A DNA stretch of 64,000 bases from Acidobacteriota bacterium (GTDB lineage: Bacteria; Acidobacteriota; Thermoanaerobaculia; Multivoradales; J023), in assembly GCA_039194425.1 (NCBI GenBank), contig JBCCVZ010000022.1:48451-112450 (forward strand). Reading direction: 5' to 3'. Each line of letters starts with the position of its first letter. Position 1 is the first letter of the stretch. The notes below the pieces were generated by a model, which saw only the letters and a list, made by a program, of their open reading frames with translations, searched no databases and was not told the DNA's origin. A program made the translations under genes and the position numbers. This document shows positions 1 through 9,923 of this stretch, one piece after another.

Positions 1-2702
1 CCGACGAGTGGCAGGGCTACCTCGAGGACGATGTGCGCCTCGCCGCCGAGCGCGTCTACCCCGACACGCTGCGCGTGCTCAAGCACGCACGCGCGCAGAT
101 GATCACCACCGCCGAGGCGGCCGACCAGCTTTCCGACATCGCCGCCAGCGAGCTGCATCCGCTGATCGGCCATCGCGGACGTCGCCTGCTCGATCATCTG
201 GTCGCCTCGGGCTGGCATCGCCCGACGGCGCCCGACGGTCCTGCCAGTCGGTCAGCGACCCGTTCTCGCTACCTGCCGCCGTTCGACCCGGGCGTCGACG
301 AGCCGCGTCTGCGCATGCGCTGGGAGCACGACCTCGATCGTGCGATCGCCGCGCCGGCCGGCGCGATCGCCGCCGCACCGGTCGCCGCCTCCGGACGACC
401 CGACCTCTCGACGCTCTGCTCGGCGCTGCTCGCCGACGTCGCCGCACGCGCCGACCAGCTGGCCGACGGCCGGCCTCGGCGGCGCGTGCTCGGCGCGGAT
501 CCCGGCGGTCTCACGCTGCAGCTCGCGGTCGAACGCGCCCTTCCGTTCGAGCGCGAAGAGATCGGCCGCGGCCGCTTCGTCGAAGTCTGCCACGACGCCT
601 ACGCCACGTTCGACGCCGCTGTCCGCCAGCAGCTCCACGAGCTCGGCGTCGAGCTCGACGCGCGGCGCTGGATCGATGTTGCCGGCTCGCGCGGCCGTAC
701 CGCCACCCGGCGGCTGCTCGCCGCTCTCGGAGATCGTGGCCTGGTGCGGCGTGAGCGTCGGCTCACGTGGTTCGACCCGGCGAGCGCGACGGTCCTGGTG
801 TCGCCCGACGTGACCCGCACCGAGGTCGAGGTCGCCGAACGCTGGACGCTGCGCTACCCCGTCGCCGCGGCAGCCGATGGCGAGGGCGGGGCCGACGGCG
901 AGGGAATCGCTGAAGAGATCGCCGTCCACTCCTTCTTTCCCGAGCTGCTGCTCGGCGCCGTCGGCGTCGCGGTGCGTGCCGACGGACCGCATGCGCATCT
1001 CGCCGACCGGCACGTCGACGATCCGCTCCGCCCCGGTGAGCGCCTGCCGATCGTGGCGGTCGACGAGCTCGAGGCCGATGCCACCGCCATCGTGCCGGCG
1101 CACGACCGCAGCGACGCCGAGCTGGCGCGAGCTCACGGACTCGGCGACGGTAGCGAGCGCGGCGTGCTCGATCGCCGCGGGCTGGTCCGCCTGCCCGGCA
1201 GGCCGCCGCTCGAGCGCGAGCAGGCGCGCCAGGAGTTGGCGACCCGGCTCGGCGGTCGGCTCAGCCACGAGGAAGGGGTCTGGCGGGTCGAGACCTGGCG
1301 CGCGCGCGGTTCCGGCACGCTGGTCAACCTCGGCCCGTCGCGCCAGGTTTTCGTCGACCTGTCGCTCGGCGCCGAGCGTCTGCGGCGCGCGATCGAGGAC
1401 GGCGCCGTCACCGTCTCGCACGAGCGCTGGCGCCGGCAGGTGCTCACCGCGCTCGACGAGCTCGAGCCCTGGTGCATCTCGCGCGGCCACTGGTGGGGAC
1501 ACCCGCTCGAGCTCGACGATCCCGGAGCGCGCTCCGACGCGAGCGACGACGAGCAGACCACCGCGTCGGTGTGGCTCACCCTGGCCGCCTGGACGCTTCA
1601 TGCTCTCGGCTGGCCCGAGGCGGCCGAGCCAGCACCGCTCGACGAGGTCTTCGTCGACGCCGAGCTGATCGAGCGCTGGCTGGTCCCGTCGCAGATTCTG
1701 GCCCTCACGCTCTGCCACCGCCCGGCCTTCCGCCACGTCCACGTGCACGGCACCGTCCACTTGGCGCGCCGCGAGCTGGTCGAGCGCCCGGGCTCGACGC
1801 CCGACCAGCCGGACGAGGAGCGCTTCGTGTCGCGTCCGGTGAAACGCCCGATGCGACGCCGGCTCGGCAACTCGATCGAGCCGGCGACGCTGATCCGTCG
1901 CTTTGGCGCCGATGCTCTGCGTCTCGGCTACCTGCTCTCGCTGCCGGTCGGTGGCGGCGCCAGCGCCACTCTCGACGAGTCGCGCCTGCGCCGTGGCCGG
2001 AGCACCGTGCAGCGACTGGTCTCCAAGGTCGGCGGCCTGCTCCACCTGGTGCCGGAGCCTCTCGACACGCCAGCGACGGACGACCCGAACCCGCAGCTCG
2101 CCGACCTGTGGATTCTGGCCCATCTCGACGCACTCGCCGATGCGGCGCGCGCCGACCTCGCGGCGCGGCGCGTCCGGCCGGCCGCCGAAGCCTTCGCCCG
2201 GGCCGCCGACGCGCTCGCCCGCTACGCCCGAGTCGCCGCCTCACGACCGCGCCGCCCGGCGCACCAGGCGTCGATCCGCCCGACCGTCGCGCGTCTCGTC
2301 GCCCTGCTGCACGATCCGTTCGCCGCGCTCTGCCCGTTTGCGCTCGAGAGCCTGCGCGAAACCGTCGCACCCCATACCGCCGCCGACCCCGCGGCCTGGG
2401 CACCCGGCGGCATGCACCATCTGCCGCTCCTGGTCGAGGTCCTGCGCCGGCGACCGCCCGGCGCGCGCACCGCCGTCGTCGCGACGCCGGACGCACCGCT
2501 GGCCGCGCTGCTGACCCCTGGTGCGCACGAGCTCGGGCTGCTCGCCGGTATCGATTTCCGGGTCGAGCCGGAGCCCCCGACGGGCGATGTCCGCCTCGCC
2601 GGGCCGGCGGTCGTCGTCTATCCCCCGGGACCTGCCGGACCGACGCTTCCGACCGGCGACGAGCCGGCCGCGATCTGGTACCGTTCGCTGCATTCGCTCT
2701 GA
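1..2702 (+). CDS. Valyl-tRNA synthetase-like paralog (class I aminoacyl-tRNA synthetase fold), 5'-partial. The KMSKS motif is degenerate and the protein is probably non-catalytic.
   Basis: The frame is open from nt 3 to the stop at 2700-2702, so the N-terminus lies upstream of the window. It aligns along its length with the adjacent genuine ValRS: WTLRYP vs FYTLRYGP, PWCISRGHWWGHP vs DWCISRQIWWGHRIP, and VKRPMRRRLGNSIEP...GADALRLGYLL vs HKMSKSKPETAVDP...GADVLRLSML. The KMSKS box is replaced by KRPMRRR. Confidence 0.6.
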   Translation, partial: DEWQGYLEDDVRLAAERVYPDTLRVLKHARAQMITTAEAADQLSDIAASELHPLIGHRGRRLLDHLVASGWHRPTAPDGPASRSATRSRYLPPFDPGVDEPRLRMRWEHDLDRAIAAPAGAIAAAPVAASGRPDLSTLCSALLADVAARADQLADGRPRRRVLGADPGGLTLQLAVERALPFEREEIGRGRFVEVCHDAYATFDAAVRQQLHELGVELDARRWIDVAGSRGRTATRRLLAALGDRGLVRRERRLTWFDPASATVLVSPDVTRTEVEVAERWTLRYPVAAAADGEGGADGEGIAEEIAVHSFFPELLLGAVGVAVRADGPHAHLADRHVDDPLRPGERLPIVAVDELEADATAIVPAHDRSDAELARAHGLGDGSERGVLDRRGLVRLPGRPPLEREQARQELATRLGGRLSHEEGVWRVETWRARGSGTLVNLGPSRQVFVDLSLGAERLRRAIEDGAVTVSHERWRRQVLTALDELEPWCISRGHWWGHPLELDDPGARSDASDDEQTTASVWLTLAAWTLHALGWPEAAEPAPLDEVFVDAELIERWLVPSQILALTLCHRPAFRHVHVHGTVHLARRELVERPGSTPDQPDEERFVSRPVKRPMRRRLGNSIEPATLIRRFGADALRLGYLLSLPVGGGASATLDESRLRRGRSTVQRLVSKVGGLLHLVPEPLDTPATDDPNPQLADLWILAHLDALADAARADLAARRVRPAAEAFARAADALARYARVAASRPRRPAHQASIRPTVARLVALLHDPFAALCPFALESLRETVAPHTAADPAAWAPGGMHHLPLLVEVLRRRPPGARTAVVATPDAPLAALLTPGAHELGLLAGIDFRVEPEPPTGDVRLAGPAVVVYPPGPAGPTLPTGDEPAAIWYRSLHSL

Positions 2703-2807
2703 GCTCGGATCGCCGCACATCGGCGCCGACCGCCGTCGATCGACCCATCGTCTTGTCGAGCCGACACCTTTGCCATCCAACGCCTGAGAGCACCGAGAGA
2801 GACCGTC

Positions 2808-5531
2808 ATGGCCCTGGACAAGTATTTCGAGCCCCGCGAGGCCGAGCCCGAGATCTACCGCCGCTGGGAAGAGTCGGGCGCCTTCGTCGCCGACGCCGAC
2901 TCCGAGCGCGAGCCGTTCGTCATCTCGATGCCGCCGCCGAACGCCACCGGCACCCTGCACACCGGCCACGCCGTGATGCTGGCGATCGAGGACCTGATGA
3001 CGCGCTGGCGGCGCATGCAGGGCTACGAGGCGCTCTGGCTGCCGGGCACCGACCATGCCGCGATCGCCACCGAGAGCCGCGTCATCGGCGACCTGCAGAA
3101 GCAGGGGATGCCGGATCCGCGCCACGAGCTCGGCCGCGAGGGTCTACTGCAGGCGATCCGTGAGTTCGTCGCCGACAGCCAGGACACGATCCGGCGCCAG
3201 ATTCGCGCCATGGGCTCGTCGTGCGACTGGTCGCGCGAGCGCTACACCATGGATCCGCAGCTCAACCGGGTCGTCATCGCGGTCTTCGCGCGCATGTTCC
3301 GCGACGGCCTGATCTACCGTGGTCCGCGCATCGTCAACTGGGACCCGGCGCTGCAGACCACCGTCTCGGACGACGAGATCGACTCGCAAGAGCGCACGGC
3401 GAAGTTCTATACCCTGCGCTACGGTCCGTTTCTGGTCGGCACCAGCCGCCCCGAGACCAAGCTCGGCGACACCGCGATCGCCGTCCATCCCGACGACGAG
3501 CGCTACAAGGACTACGTCGGCAAGACCTACGAGGTGCCCTGGCCGAAGGGACCGACGATCACGGTGCGCGTGGTCGCCGATTCGAAGGTCGATCCAGAGT
3601 TCGGCACGGGTGCGCTCGGTGTCACGCCGGCGCACTCGCACATCGACTTCGAGATGGCCGAGCGGCACGACCTGCCGCTGATCCAGGTGATCGGCGAGGA
3701 CGGCCGCATGACCGAGGCCGTCGGCCCGCACTACGCCGGCATGACGGTCGAAGAGTGCCGCGAGGCCTTCGCCGCCGAGCTCGACGCCGCCGGCCTCCTC
3801 GAGTCGGTCGAGGACTACCAGCAGAACACGTCGATCTGCTACCGCTCGAAGCAGCCGATCGAGCCACTGCCCAAGCCGCAGTGGTTCATCGACGTCAACA
3901 AGCCGGCGGTGCCGTGGAAGGGCCAGCGCCTGTCGCTCAAGCAGGTGATGCGCGACGCGGTCGCGTCGGGCGACATCCGAATCCTGCCCGAGCACCAGGA
4001 ACGCACCTACTTCCACTGGATCGACAACCTGCGCGACTGGTGCATCTCGCGCCAGATCTGGTGGGGCCACCGGATCCCGGTCTGGTACCGCGGCGAGGAA
4101 GAGATGTACGTCGGCCATCGTCCGCCCGGCGCCGGCAACGTCGACGAGGCGGCCCGCGAGGGCTGGGAGCAGGATCCCGACACGCTCGACACCTGGTTCT
4201 CTTCGGCGCTCTGGACCTGGTCTACCCTGATCGACCCCGAGCTCGCAGAGGACGAGACGCTCGACCTGCGCCACCTCCTCGCGGACAGCCCGGATTTCGC
4301 CAAGTTCCATCCCACCTCGGTGATGGAAACCGGCTACGACATCCTCTTCTTCTGGGTCGCGCGGATGATCCTGATGACTACCTACGCCACCGGCGAGGTG
4401 CCCTTCCGCACCGTCTTCCTTCACGGCCTGATCCTCGACCGCGACGGCCACAAGATGTCGAAGTCGAAGCCGGAAACCGCGGTCGATCCGCTCGAGGTGA
4501 TCGAGGAGCAGGGCGCCGACGTGCTGCGCCTGTCGATGCTGCTCGGCAACGCACCGGGCGTCGATCTCAAGCTCACAAAGGAGCGGATGGTCGGCTCGAA
4601 GCGCCTGATCAACAAGCTTTGGAACGCCGCCAAGCTGGTCGACCTGACGCTCGACCGCATTCTGGGCGACGCGCGCGCCGAGGGGCACCCGGAGGCTCCC
4701 GCCGACGTCGAGCACCCGGTCAATCGCTGGATGCTGGCGCGGGTCCGTGAGCTGGTGGAGCGCACCACCTCGCGCCTCGAGGCGTTCTCGTTCGGCGACG
4801 CCGCCGAGCAGATCCGGCAGTCCTTCTGGGGCGAGTTCTGCGACTTCTACCTCGAGGCGGTCAAGGTGGAGCCGCTGGCCTCGGCGCGCGAGACGGCCGA
4901 CGTCCTCGGCTACGCCTACCGAACCTACCTGGCGCTCTTCCACCCCTTCGTGCCCTTCGTCACCGAGCGGCTTTGGGCCGAGCTTTTCGCCGCCGGCGAC
5001 GACGAGATGCTGATCCGCGCGCGCTGGCCCGAGGCGGCCGACGGGCATCGCTATCCCGACGAAGCCGAAGGCGTCGCCGCGGTCGAGCGCCTGGTGCAGG
5101 CGGTGCGCGGCCTGCGTGTCGAGCAGAACCTCGACGCCGGCGCCAAGATCGAGCTCGAGGTGCGCCCGCTGGCACACGACGCGACGCTGCGCTCGGCCGA
5201 GGAGATCGTCGGCCGCCTGGTGCGCGCCGAATCGGTGACCTTCGTCGACTCCGACCCGTCGGAGCGCCCGGGCGCCGCGGTCGCCGTCGACCCGGCCTTC
5301 CAGGCCGCCGTCCGCCTCGGCAGCGCCGATCGCGACGCCGAGCGTCAGCGCCTCGAGAAGCAGCTTGCCGACGCCGAGAAGCGTCTGGTCGGACTCGAGA
5401 AGCAGCTCGCCAACGAGAACTTCGTCACCAAGGCGAACCCGAATGCGGTCGAGGCGGTGCGCAAGAACGCCGAAGACTGCCGCGCCACCATCGAGTCGGC
5501 CAAGGAGCGCCTCGCGGTGCTCGGCGAGTAG
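2808..5531 (+). CDS. valS: Valine--tRNA ligase (valyl-tRNA synthetase)
   Basis: ATG at 2808 preceded by gagagagacc. HIGH region PPPNATGTLHTGHA, WCISRQIWWGHRIP, KMSKSK, and a C-terminal coiled-coil tail (LEKQLADAEKRLVGLEKQLANENFVTKA) typical of bacterial ValRS. 907 aa. Confidence 0.93.
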   Translation: MALDKYFEPREAEPEIYRRWEESGAFVADADSEREPFVISMPPPNATGTLHTGHAVMLAIEDLMTRWRRMQGYEALWLPGTDHAAIATESRVIGDLQKQGMPDPRHELGREGLLQAIREFVADSQDTIRRQIRAMGSSCDWSRERYTMDPQLNRVVIAVFARMFRDGLIYRGPRIVNWDPALQTTVSDDEIDSQERTAKFYTLRYGPFLVGTSRPETKLGDTAIAVHPDDERYKDYVGKTYEVPWPKGPTITVRVVADSKVDPEFGTGALGVTPAHSHIDFEMAERHDLPLIQVIGEDGRMTEAVGPHYAGMTVEECREAFAAELDAAGLLESVEDYQQNTSICYRSKQPIEPLPKPQWFIDVNKPAVPWKGQRLSLKQVMRDAVASGDIRILPEHQERTYFHWIDNLRDWCISRQIWWGHRIPVWYRGEEEMYVGHRPPGAGNVDEAAREGWEQDPDTLDTWFSSALWTWSTLIDPELAEDETLDLRHLLADSPDFAKFHPTSVMETGYDILFFWVARMILMTTYATGEVPFRTVFLHGLILDRDGHKMSKSKPETAVDPLEVIEEQGADVLRLSMLLGNAPGVDLKLTKERMVGSKRLINKLWNAAKLVDLTLDRILGDARAEGHPEAPADVEHPVNRWMLARVRELVERTTSRLEAFSFGDAAEQIRQSFWGEFCDFYLEAVKVEPLASARETADVLGYAYRTYLALFHPFVPFVTERLWAELFAAGDDEMLIRARWPEAADGHRYPDEAEGVAAVERLVQAVRGLRVEQNLDAGAKIELEVRPLAHDATLRSAEEIVGRLVRAESVTFVDSDPSERPGAAVAVDPAFQAAVRLGSADRDAERQRLEKQLADAEKRLVGLEKQLANENFVTKANPNAVEAVRKNAEDCRATIESAKERLAVLGE

Positions 5532-5551
5532 CGACAGTTTCTGGCCGTAGC

Positions 5552-5567
5552 CCGGGCGCCAGCCCGG
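5552..5567 (+). terminator. Candidate hairpin downstream of valS (ccgggc-gcca-gcccgg), between convergent genes
   Basis: Perfect 6-bp inverted repeat with a 4-nt loop, 20 nt after the valS stop. There is no U-tract, so this is weak as an intrinsic terminator. Confidence 0.2.
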
Positions 5568-5669
5568 ACTGGTGACGGGTGCCCACAGATGAAGCGGGCC
5601 GGCGTCCCCACAGTCCACCCGAGTCTTCGTCAAGCATTGCACACGACTGCTTGCTGGCTGACGGCGACG

Positions 5670-6617
5670 CTACATCGGAGGAGCCTGCCGCCTCACCCGG
5701 CGCACCATGAGCCAGCCGGCGAGCAGGACCATCGGCAGGCCGTGGGCGAGCGCGTGCAGCAGTCCGAGGCGGCGTTGCGACGCGGCGAGCTCGTCACCGA
5801 GAGAGCCCGAGCCGATGAGCACGACGGGCCGTTCGCACGGCCGGGTCGAGCCCTCCGTACCGGAGAGCGCATCCTCGATCGCATCCCGATAACCGGCCTC
5901 CTCGACTCCGATCGGCTCGTGCAGCCACAGCGGCACGTCGGCGACCAGCTCGCGCTGCGCTTCACGCACAGTCGGCGCGTCGCCCAGACGTCGCCCGAGC
6001 CATACGCAGCCTGGCCGTCCATCGCTTGCGTCGGCCAGCGGCGCGACCAGGCTGTAGGTCTCGACACGCCGCGCGTCGCCGAGGAGCCAAACCTGGTAGT
6101 CGACGCCCAGCGGCTCCTCGAGCACCCGCCACGACGGGCTCCGCCGGTAGAGGATCGTCTCTCCCGCCCCGGCCTCGACTTCACCGAGCGAACCCGCGAG
6201 CCGCTCGTCGGCACGCAACAGCCACACCAGACGCCCCGCCTCGTCGCTGCCGACGAGCACGATGAACAGCCCGGCGAGTCCGAGCAGGAAGAGGTAGCCC
6301 CAGGCATGCTCGCGCCCCTCGACGTCGAGCACCAGCCAGCGACCGACGAGAGCCTTGAGCGCGATCGGGAAGCCGAGAAACACCGGCACACCGAGAAGCA
6401 GCCCGAGCAGCGAGCCGATGCTCAGGCCGAAGAGAGCACCCACCACCAAGGTGAGCGCCAGCCCGGCGCCGCCGACGACCAGCAACGCCAGGTGCCCGAG
6501 CACCAGATTGCGCGCCCAGGCGACGAGAATCGTCCCCCCGGCGGTCGGCGAGACGGACTCGGGCTCGATGGCGGTCGATGGGTCCTGCATCGCGCGGATC
6601 GTACCCGCCCGGCGCAA
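5670..6617 (-). CDS. Hypothetical integral membrane protein
   Basis: TTG/alternative start. The N-terminal approximately 130 aa contain 3-4 strongly hydrophobic helices (LVLGHLALLVVGGAGLALTLVVGALFGLSIGSLLGLLLGVPVFLGFPIALKALVGRWLVL...), followed by a soluble domain. The overlapping plus-strand ORF 5589-6710 is R/Q/E/H-rich low-complexity typical of antisense translation. Confidence 0.45.
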   Translation of the reverse strand: MRRAGTIRAMQDPSTAIEPESVSPTAGGTILVAWARNLVLGHLALLVVGGAGLALTLVVGALFGLSIGSLLGLLLGVPVFLGFPIALKALVGRWLVLDVEGREHAWGYLFLLGLAGLFIVLVGSDEAGRLVWLLRADERLAGSLGEVEAGAGETILYRRSPSWRVLEEPLGVDYQVWLLGDARRVETYSLVAPLADASDGRPGCVWLGRRLGDAPTVREAQRELVADVPLWLHEPIGVEEAGYRDAIEDALSGTEGSTRPCERPVVLIGSGSLGDELAASQRRLGLLHALAHGLPMVLLAGWLMVRRVRRQAPPM

Positions 6618-6657
6618 AATCGCCGTTGCCTGTCCGTCTCATCCCGCGGAGGGTTTG

Positions 6658-9600
6658 ATGAGTACCACCGCGATATACTCTTCTCAACGTTTATCATCGG
6701 AAGGGTTTGATGTGTCGCGGTGGTACGCATCAGTTTTTGCGTTGCTGACAGCCTCCGCGGTCTTGCTCACTGCTGGCGCTCTCTGGAGATCGGACCAGGA
6801 GACGTCACAGAGCGATACGACGCTGGGCCATCGCGCCCCACCCATCGCCCTGCTGGCCGATGCGCTGCAGCCCCACCGTCCGATTCACGGACGGCTCGAC
6901 GGCGTCCGTCACGGACTCTTCGACCCGACAGCGACCGTGCCTCTCGAGGCGATCTCCCGCACCGCCCGACCCGGCTCGCGCTCTGCCACGGCGGCCGGCG
7001 ACCCGGGAGGGCCCCCGGGTTCCGACCCGGCTGCACTCGGCGCCGAGGCTGCGCGTCTGCTCTACCTCGGCGAACCGGACGTCGCGGTCGAACTCCTCGA
7101 CGAGGCCATTCGGCTCACTCCTGACGATGCCGCCCTGGCCAACGATCTCGGCGTTGCCTTGCTCGAGTCGGCGCGAGTCGACGACCGTGCGTTCCACTTC
7201 GTCCGCGCGGCCGACGCACTGCTCACCGCCACGCGCCTCGACCCGTCGTCGGCGACCGCGCACTTCAACCTGGCGATCGCGCTCGAAGAGCTCGGCCTCG
7301 TCGACGCCGCGATCGCCACCTGGCGCAGAGGCTTGGTGCTCGAGACCGACTCCGACTGGCGGGGCGAAGCCGAGTCTCGGCTGCGCCAGCTGAGTGTGTC
7401 GCGGCGCTCGCCGGGAGCCTTGCGTGCTCGGCTCGACGCCGCCTCCTCGGCGCCGGAGACGTCTGAGCTCGGCGCCGTGCTCGACGCCGTCCTGCGCGAG
7501 CGAGCCGGCGTCGTGCGGCGCTGGACCGTCGACTCCGTGCTCGACGCGTGGGCCGACGCGTACCTGCAAGGTGACCTGCCGACGGCGGACGGACGGCTCG
7601 CTACGTCCCGCAAAATCGCCGTGCGCCTGCAGGTGCGACTCGGCGACGCCTACCTCGGCGACCTGATCGCGGCGATCGAGCAAGCCGAAGCGCAAGAGCT
7701 CGATCAGCTCGCTCGCGCCCATCGTCGATTCGCCGAGGCGACGCGGCTCTTCGGCGATTTCGACGCGGGCGCCGCACGGGACGCCTTCCGAGAAACCGTC
7801 GAGCTGCTCGACGATGCGCCAACCCCGCTCGGCCTGGCCGCGGCGACCGAGCTCCTGGCCTGCACCTGGTACGACTATGCCCAACGCGGCAGCCTGCGGA
7901 CAGAGGTCGAGGCTCTGTTCGAGAGCCTCGGCGATCGCCCGTACCCGGCCCTGCGCGGGCGGCTCCACTGGATCGCAGCGGTGCCCGCGTACATGGCGGG
8001 CGACACGCGGAGCGCTGAAAAGAGTCTCGAGGCGGCTGCCGAGGCCTACCTCCAAGCGGACGACGTCGACGAGCTGGCCGGCGTGTCGGACCTCTTCGCG
8101 CTCGTCGACGGCTACCTCGGCGAAACTGAACGGGCCTGGAATCACCACCTCGACGCCCTCCGGCAGGCACCACGGCTCGAGCGTGCACGGCGTCGAATGA
8201 TGGTGACCACCGACGCCGCCCGCGCGCTCTTCGAGCTCGGGCACCCGGAGGTCGCCGTGCTCTTGATCGATGCCGGGGTCGTCGCAGCCGACGCCCTCGG
8301 CGATGCTCTGCCACGCGCCGAAACGCGCTGGTGGCGCGCTCGCATCCAGCATCGGCGCGGCGCATGGAACGCGACGAGCGGCGATCTCGCCGAGGCCCGG
8401 CAGTTCGCGACCGCGATCCGCTTCAGCGAGCAGCGGCGTCGCATGGTCGCCGACATCGCCCTTCTCGAAGCTGAAGTCTCGATCGTGGAAGACCCCGAGC
8501 AAGCGCTGGCCAGGCTCGAAGAGGCGGAAGCGCTGCAACGAGAGCTCGAGGTCGACGACTTGCTGCCCGAGATCCTGCTCGCGCAGGGGCGCCTGAAACG
8601 ACTCCAGGGCGACGACCCTCGTCCGCCGCTCGAGCGCGCCGCGGCGCTTTTCGCCGCGCGGCGCGCCGGGATCGGTGGCGCCCGCGCACGCAAGACCTTC
8701 GATGAGCGCTTCGAGACGCTGGACGAGGAACGGATTCTGGTCGAGCTCGAAGCCAATCGCCCCTGGAATGCGCTCGAGCTTGCCGACAGGATTCGGCGTC
8801 GCGCCCATCCCCTGCCTGCCACCTGCGCGCCCGTCCCGTTGTTCGGCGCGCTAGAGGCGCTCGCGCGGGAGCTACCCGACGACACGATGGCTCTCGTCTT
8901 CCGACGGCTCGACGGCGAGCTCGTTCTCTTCGCCGTGCGCGGCGACGGCCTCCGGGTCCACCGCCTGCGCGACGCGGAGCTTTCGAGCGCGCTTCCCCAC
9001 ACGAGCCTCGCGCGCGCCGTCGAGCACTTCGATGTGCTAGTGCGTCGCGACGCGCCGACCAATGACGTCGGGCATCTCGCGGCAGCGCTCGGCCAACACC
9101 TCCTCGGCGCAGAGAGCGCACGGCTCGAGACGACCCGTCGGCTGTTGATCGTGCCCGACGAGGAACTGCACCAAGTCGCCTGGGCGGCGCTCGCCGCGCC
9201 CCACTCTGGGGCCTGGTTGGTCGAGAGTCACGAGCTCGTCGTTTCGTCCAGCCTCGCCCGCTTCCTCGCCTGCTCCACGTCCGTCGACCCCACGCAGACC
9301 ACGGGTACACCGTCGGTGCTGGCGATCGCCGCACCGCTCGGCGCCGAAGAGCCGCTGCCGTGGACGCTCGAGGAAGCGCGTGCGGTCGCCGCCGCTTACG
9401 CCGACGGCCGCATGCTCGACGCTTCCGACACGCCGCGGCGCGACTTGCTGGCTGCTCTCACCGCGGAGCCGATCCTCCACCTGGCCACGCACGGAGAGGT
9501 CGACGAGGAATTCCCGAGCCGCTCGCGCCTGCACCTCGGCCCGACGGCCGGCGTGCTCACCGCCCGCGACCTGAGCGACCTTGACCTCCGCGCCACGCAG

Positions 9601-9885
9601 CTCGTCGTGCTCGCCGCTTGCGACACCGCGCGCGGACGTATCTGGCGCCAGAGCGGCGTCGACAGCCTCGCCTCTGCCGCCCTCGCCGCCGGCGCCCGGT
9701 CCGTGGTCGCCCCACTTTGGGCTGTCGACGACCGCGCCACCGCCGCCCTCATGACCGACTTCCATCGCCGGCTCGCTGCCGGCGCCTCGCCCGCCGCGGC
9801 GCTACGCCAAGCCCAGCGCGCCGCCATCCGCGACTCCGCATCGCCCAGCGTCTGGGCGCCGTTCCAGGTCCACGGCGTCAACTGA
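6658..9885 (+). CDS. TPR-repeat protein with C-terminal CHAT (caspase HetF-associated with TPRs) peptidase-like domain and an N-terminal signal anchor
   Basis: The internal ATG (MSTTAIYSS...) avoids a 260-nt overlap with the upstream minus-strand gene. A hydrophobic anchor (VFALLTASAVLLTAGALW) follows the start. Long alpha-helical TPR-like region. C-terminus LVVLAACDTARG...ARSVVAPLWAVDD...WAPFQVHG is characteristic of CHAT domains. Confidence 0.85.
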   Translation: MSTTAIYSSQRLSSEGFDVSRWYASVFALLTASAVLLTAGALWRSDQETSQSDTTLGHRAPPIALLADALQPHRPIHGRLDGVRHGLFDPTATVPLEAISRTARPGSRSATAAGDPGGPPGSDPAALGAEAARLLYLGEPDVAVELLDEAIRLTPDDAALANDLGVALLESARVDDRAFHFVRAADALLTATRLDPSSATAHFNLAIALEELGLVDAAIATWRRGLVLETDSDWRGEAESRLRQLSVSRRSPGALRARLDAASSAPETSELGAVLDAVLRERAGVVRRWTVDSVLDAWADAYLQGDLPTADGRLATSRKIAVRLQVRLGDAYLGDLIAAIEQAEAQELDQLARAHRRFAEATRLFGDFDAGAARDAFRETVELLDDAPTPLGLAAATELLACTWYDYAQRGSLRTEVEALFESLGDRPYPALRGRLHWIAAVPAYMAGDTRSAEKSLEAAAEAYLQADDVDELAGVSDLFALVDGYLGETERAWNHHLDALRQAPRLERARRRMMVTTDAARALFELGHPEVAVLLIDAGVVAADALGDALPRAETRWWRARIQHRRGAWNATSGDLAEARQFATAIRFSEQRRRMVADIALLEAEVSIVEDPEQALARLEEAEALQRELEVDDLLPEILLAQGRLKRLQGDDPRPPLERAAALFAARRAGIGGARARKTFDERFETLDEERILVELEANRPWNALELADRIRRRAHPLPATCAPVPLFGALEALARELPDDTMALVFRRLDGELVLFAVRGDGLRVHRLRDAELSSALPHTSLARAVEHFDVLVRRDAPTNDVGHLAAALGQHLLGAESARLETTRRLLIVPDEELHQVAWAALAAPHSGAWLVESHELVVSSSLARFLACSTSVDPTQTTGTPSVLAIAAPLGAEEPLPWTLEEARAVAAAYADGRMLDASDTPRRDLLAALTAEPILHLATHGEVDEEFPSRSRLHLGPTAGVLTARDLSDLDLRATQLVVLAACDTARGRIWRQSGVDSLASAALAAGARSVVAPLWAVDDRATAALMTDFHRRLAAGASPAAALRQAQRAAIRDSASPSVWAPFQVHGVN

Positions 9886-9923
9886 CCCCAAAGGACCTCG
9901 ACTGACATCTCGGAGGACACACC

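Noticed and set aside
8-2123. The plus-frame ORF 8-754 and the minus ORFs 252-2123 and 103-447, which overlap the ValRS-like gene
   Set aside because: They are extremely Arg/Ala/Pro-rich low-complexity translations in frames other than the one showing synthetase homology. These are typical high-GC shadow ORFs.
3144-5642. Minus-strand 832-aa ORF covering valS, and the plus ORF 3221-4750
   Set aside because: Antisense or alternate-frame to valS, with no motifs. valS homology is unambiguous on the +1 frame.
5589-6710. Plus-strand 373-aa ORF opposite the membrane-protein gene
   Set aside because: R/Q/E/H/D-rich with no hydrophobic core. The minus-strand frame has clear TM helices, so the plus ORF is judged to be an antisense artefact (moderate certainty).
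6805-8808. Minus 667-aa ORF, and 8142-9334 minus ORFs, inside the CHAT gene
   Set aside because: Antisense to the TPR-CHAT coding frame. Composition is dominated by Arg/Gly/Ala runs.
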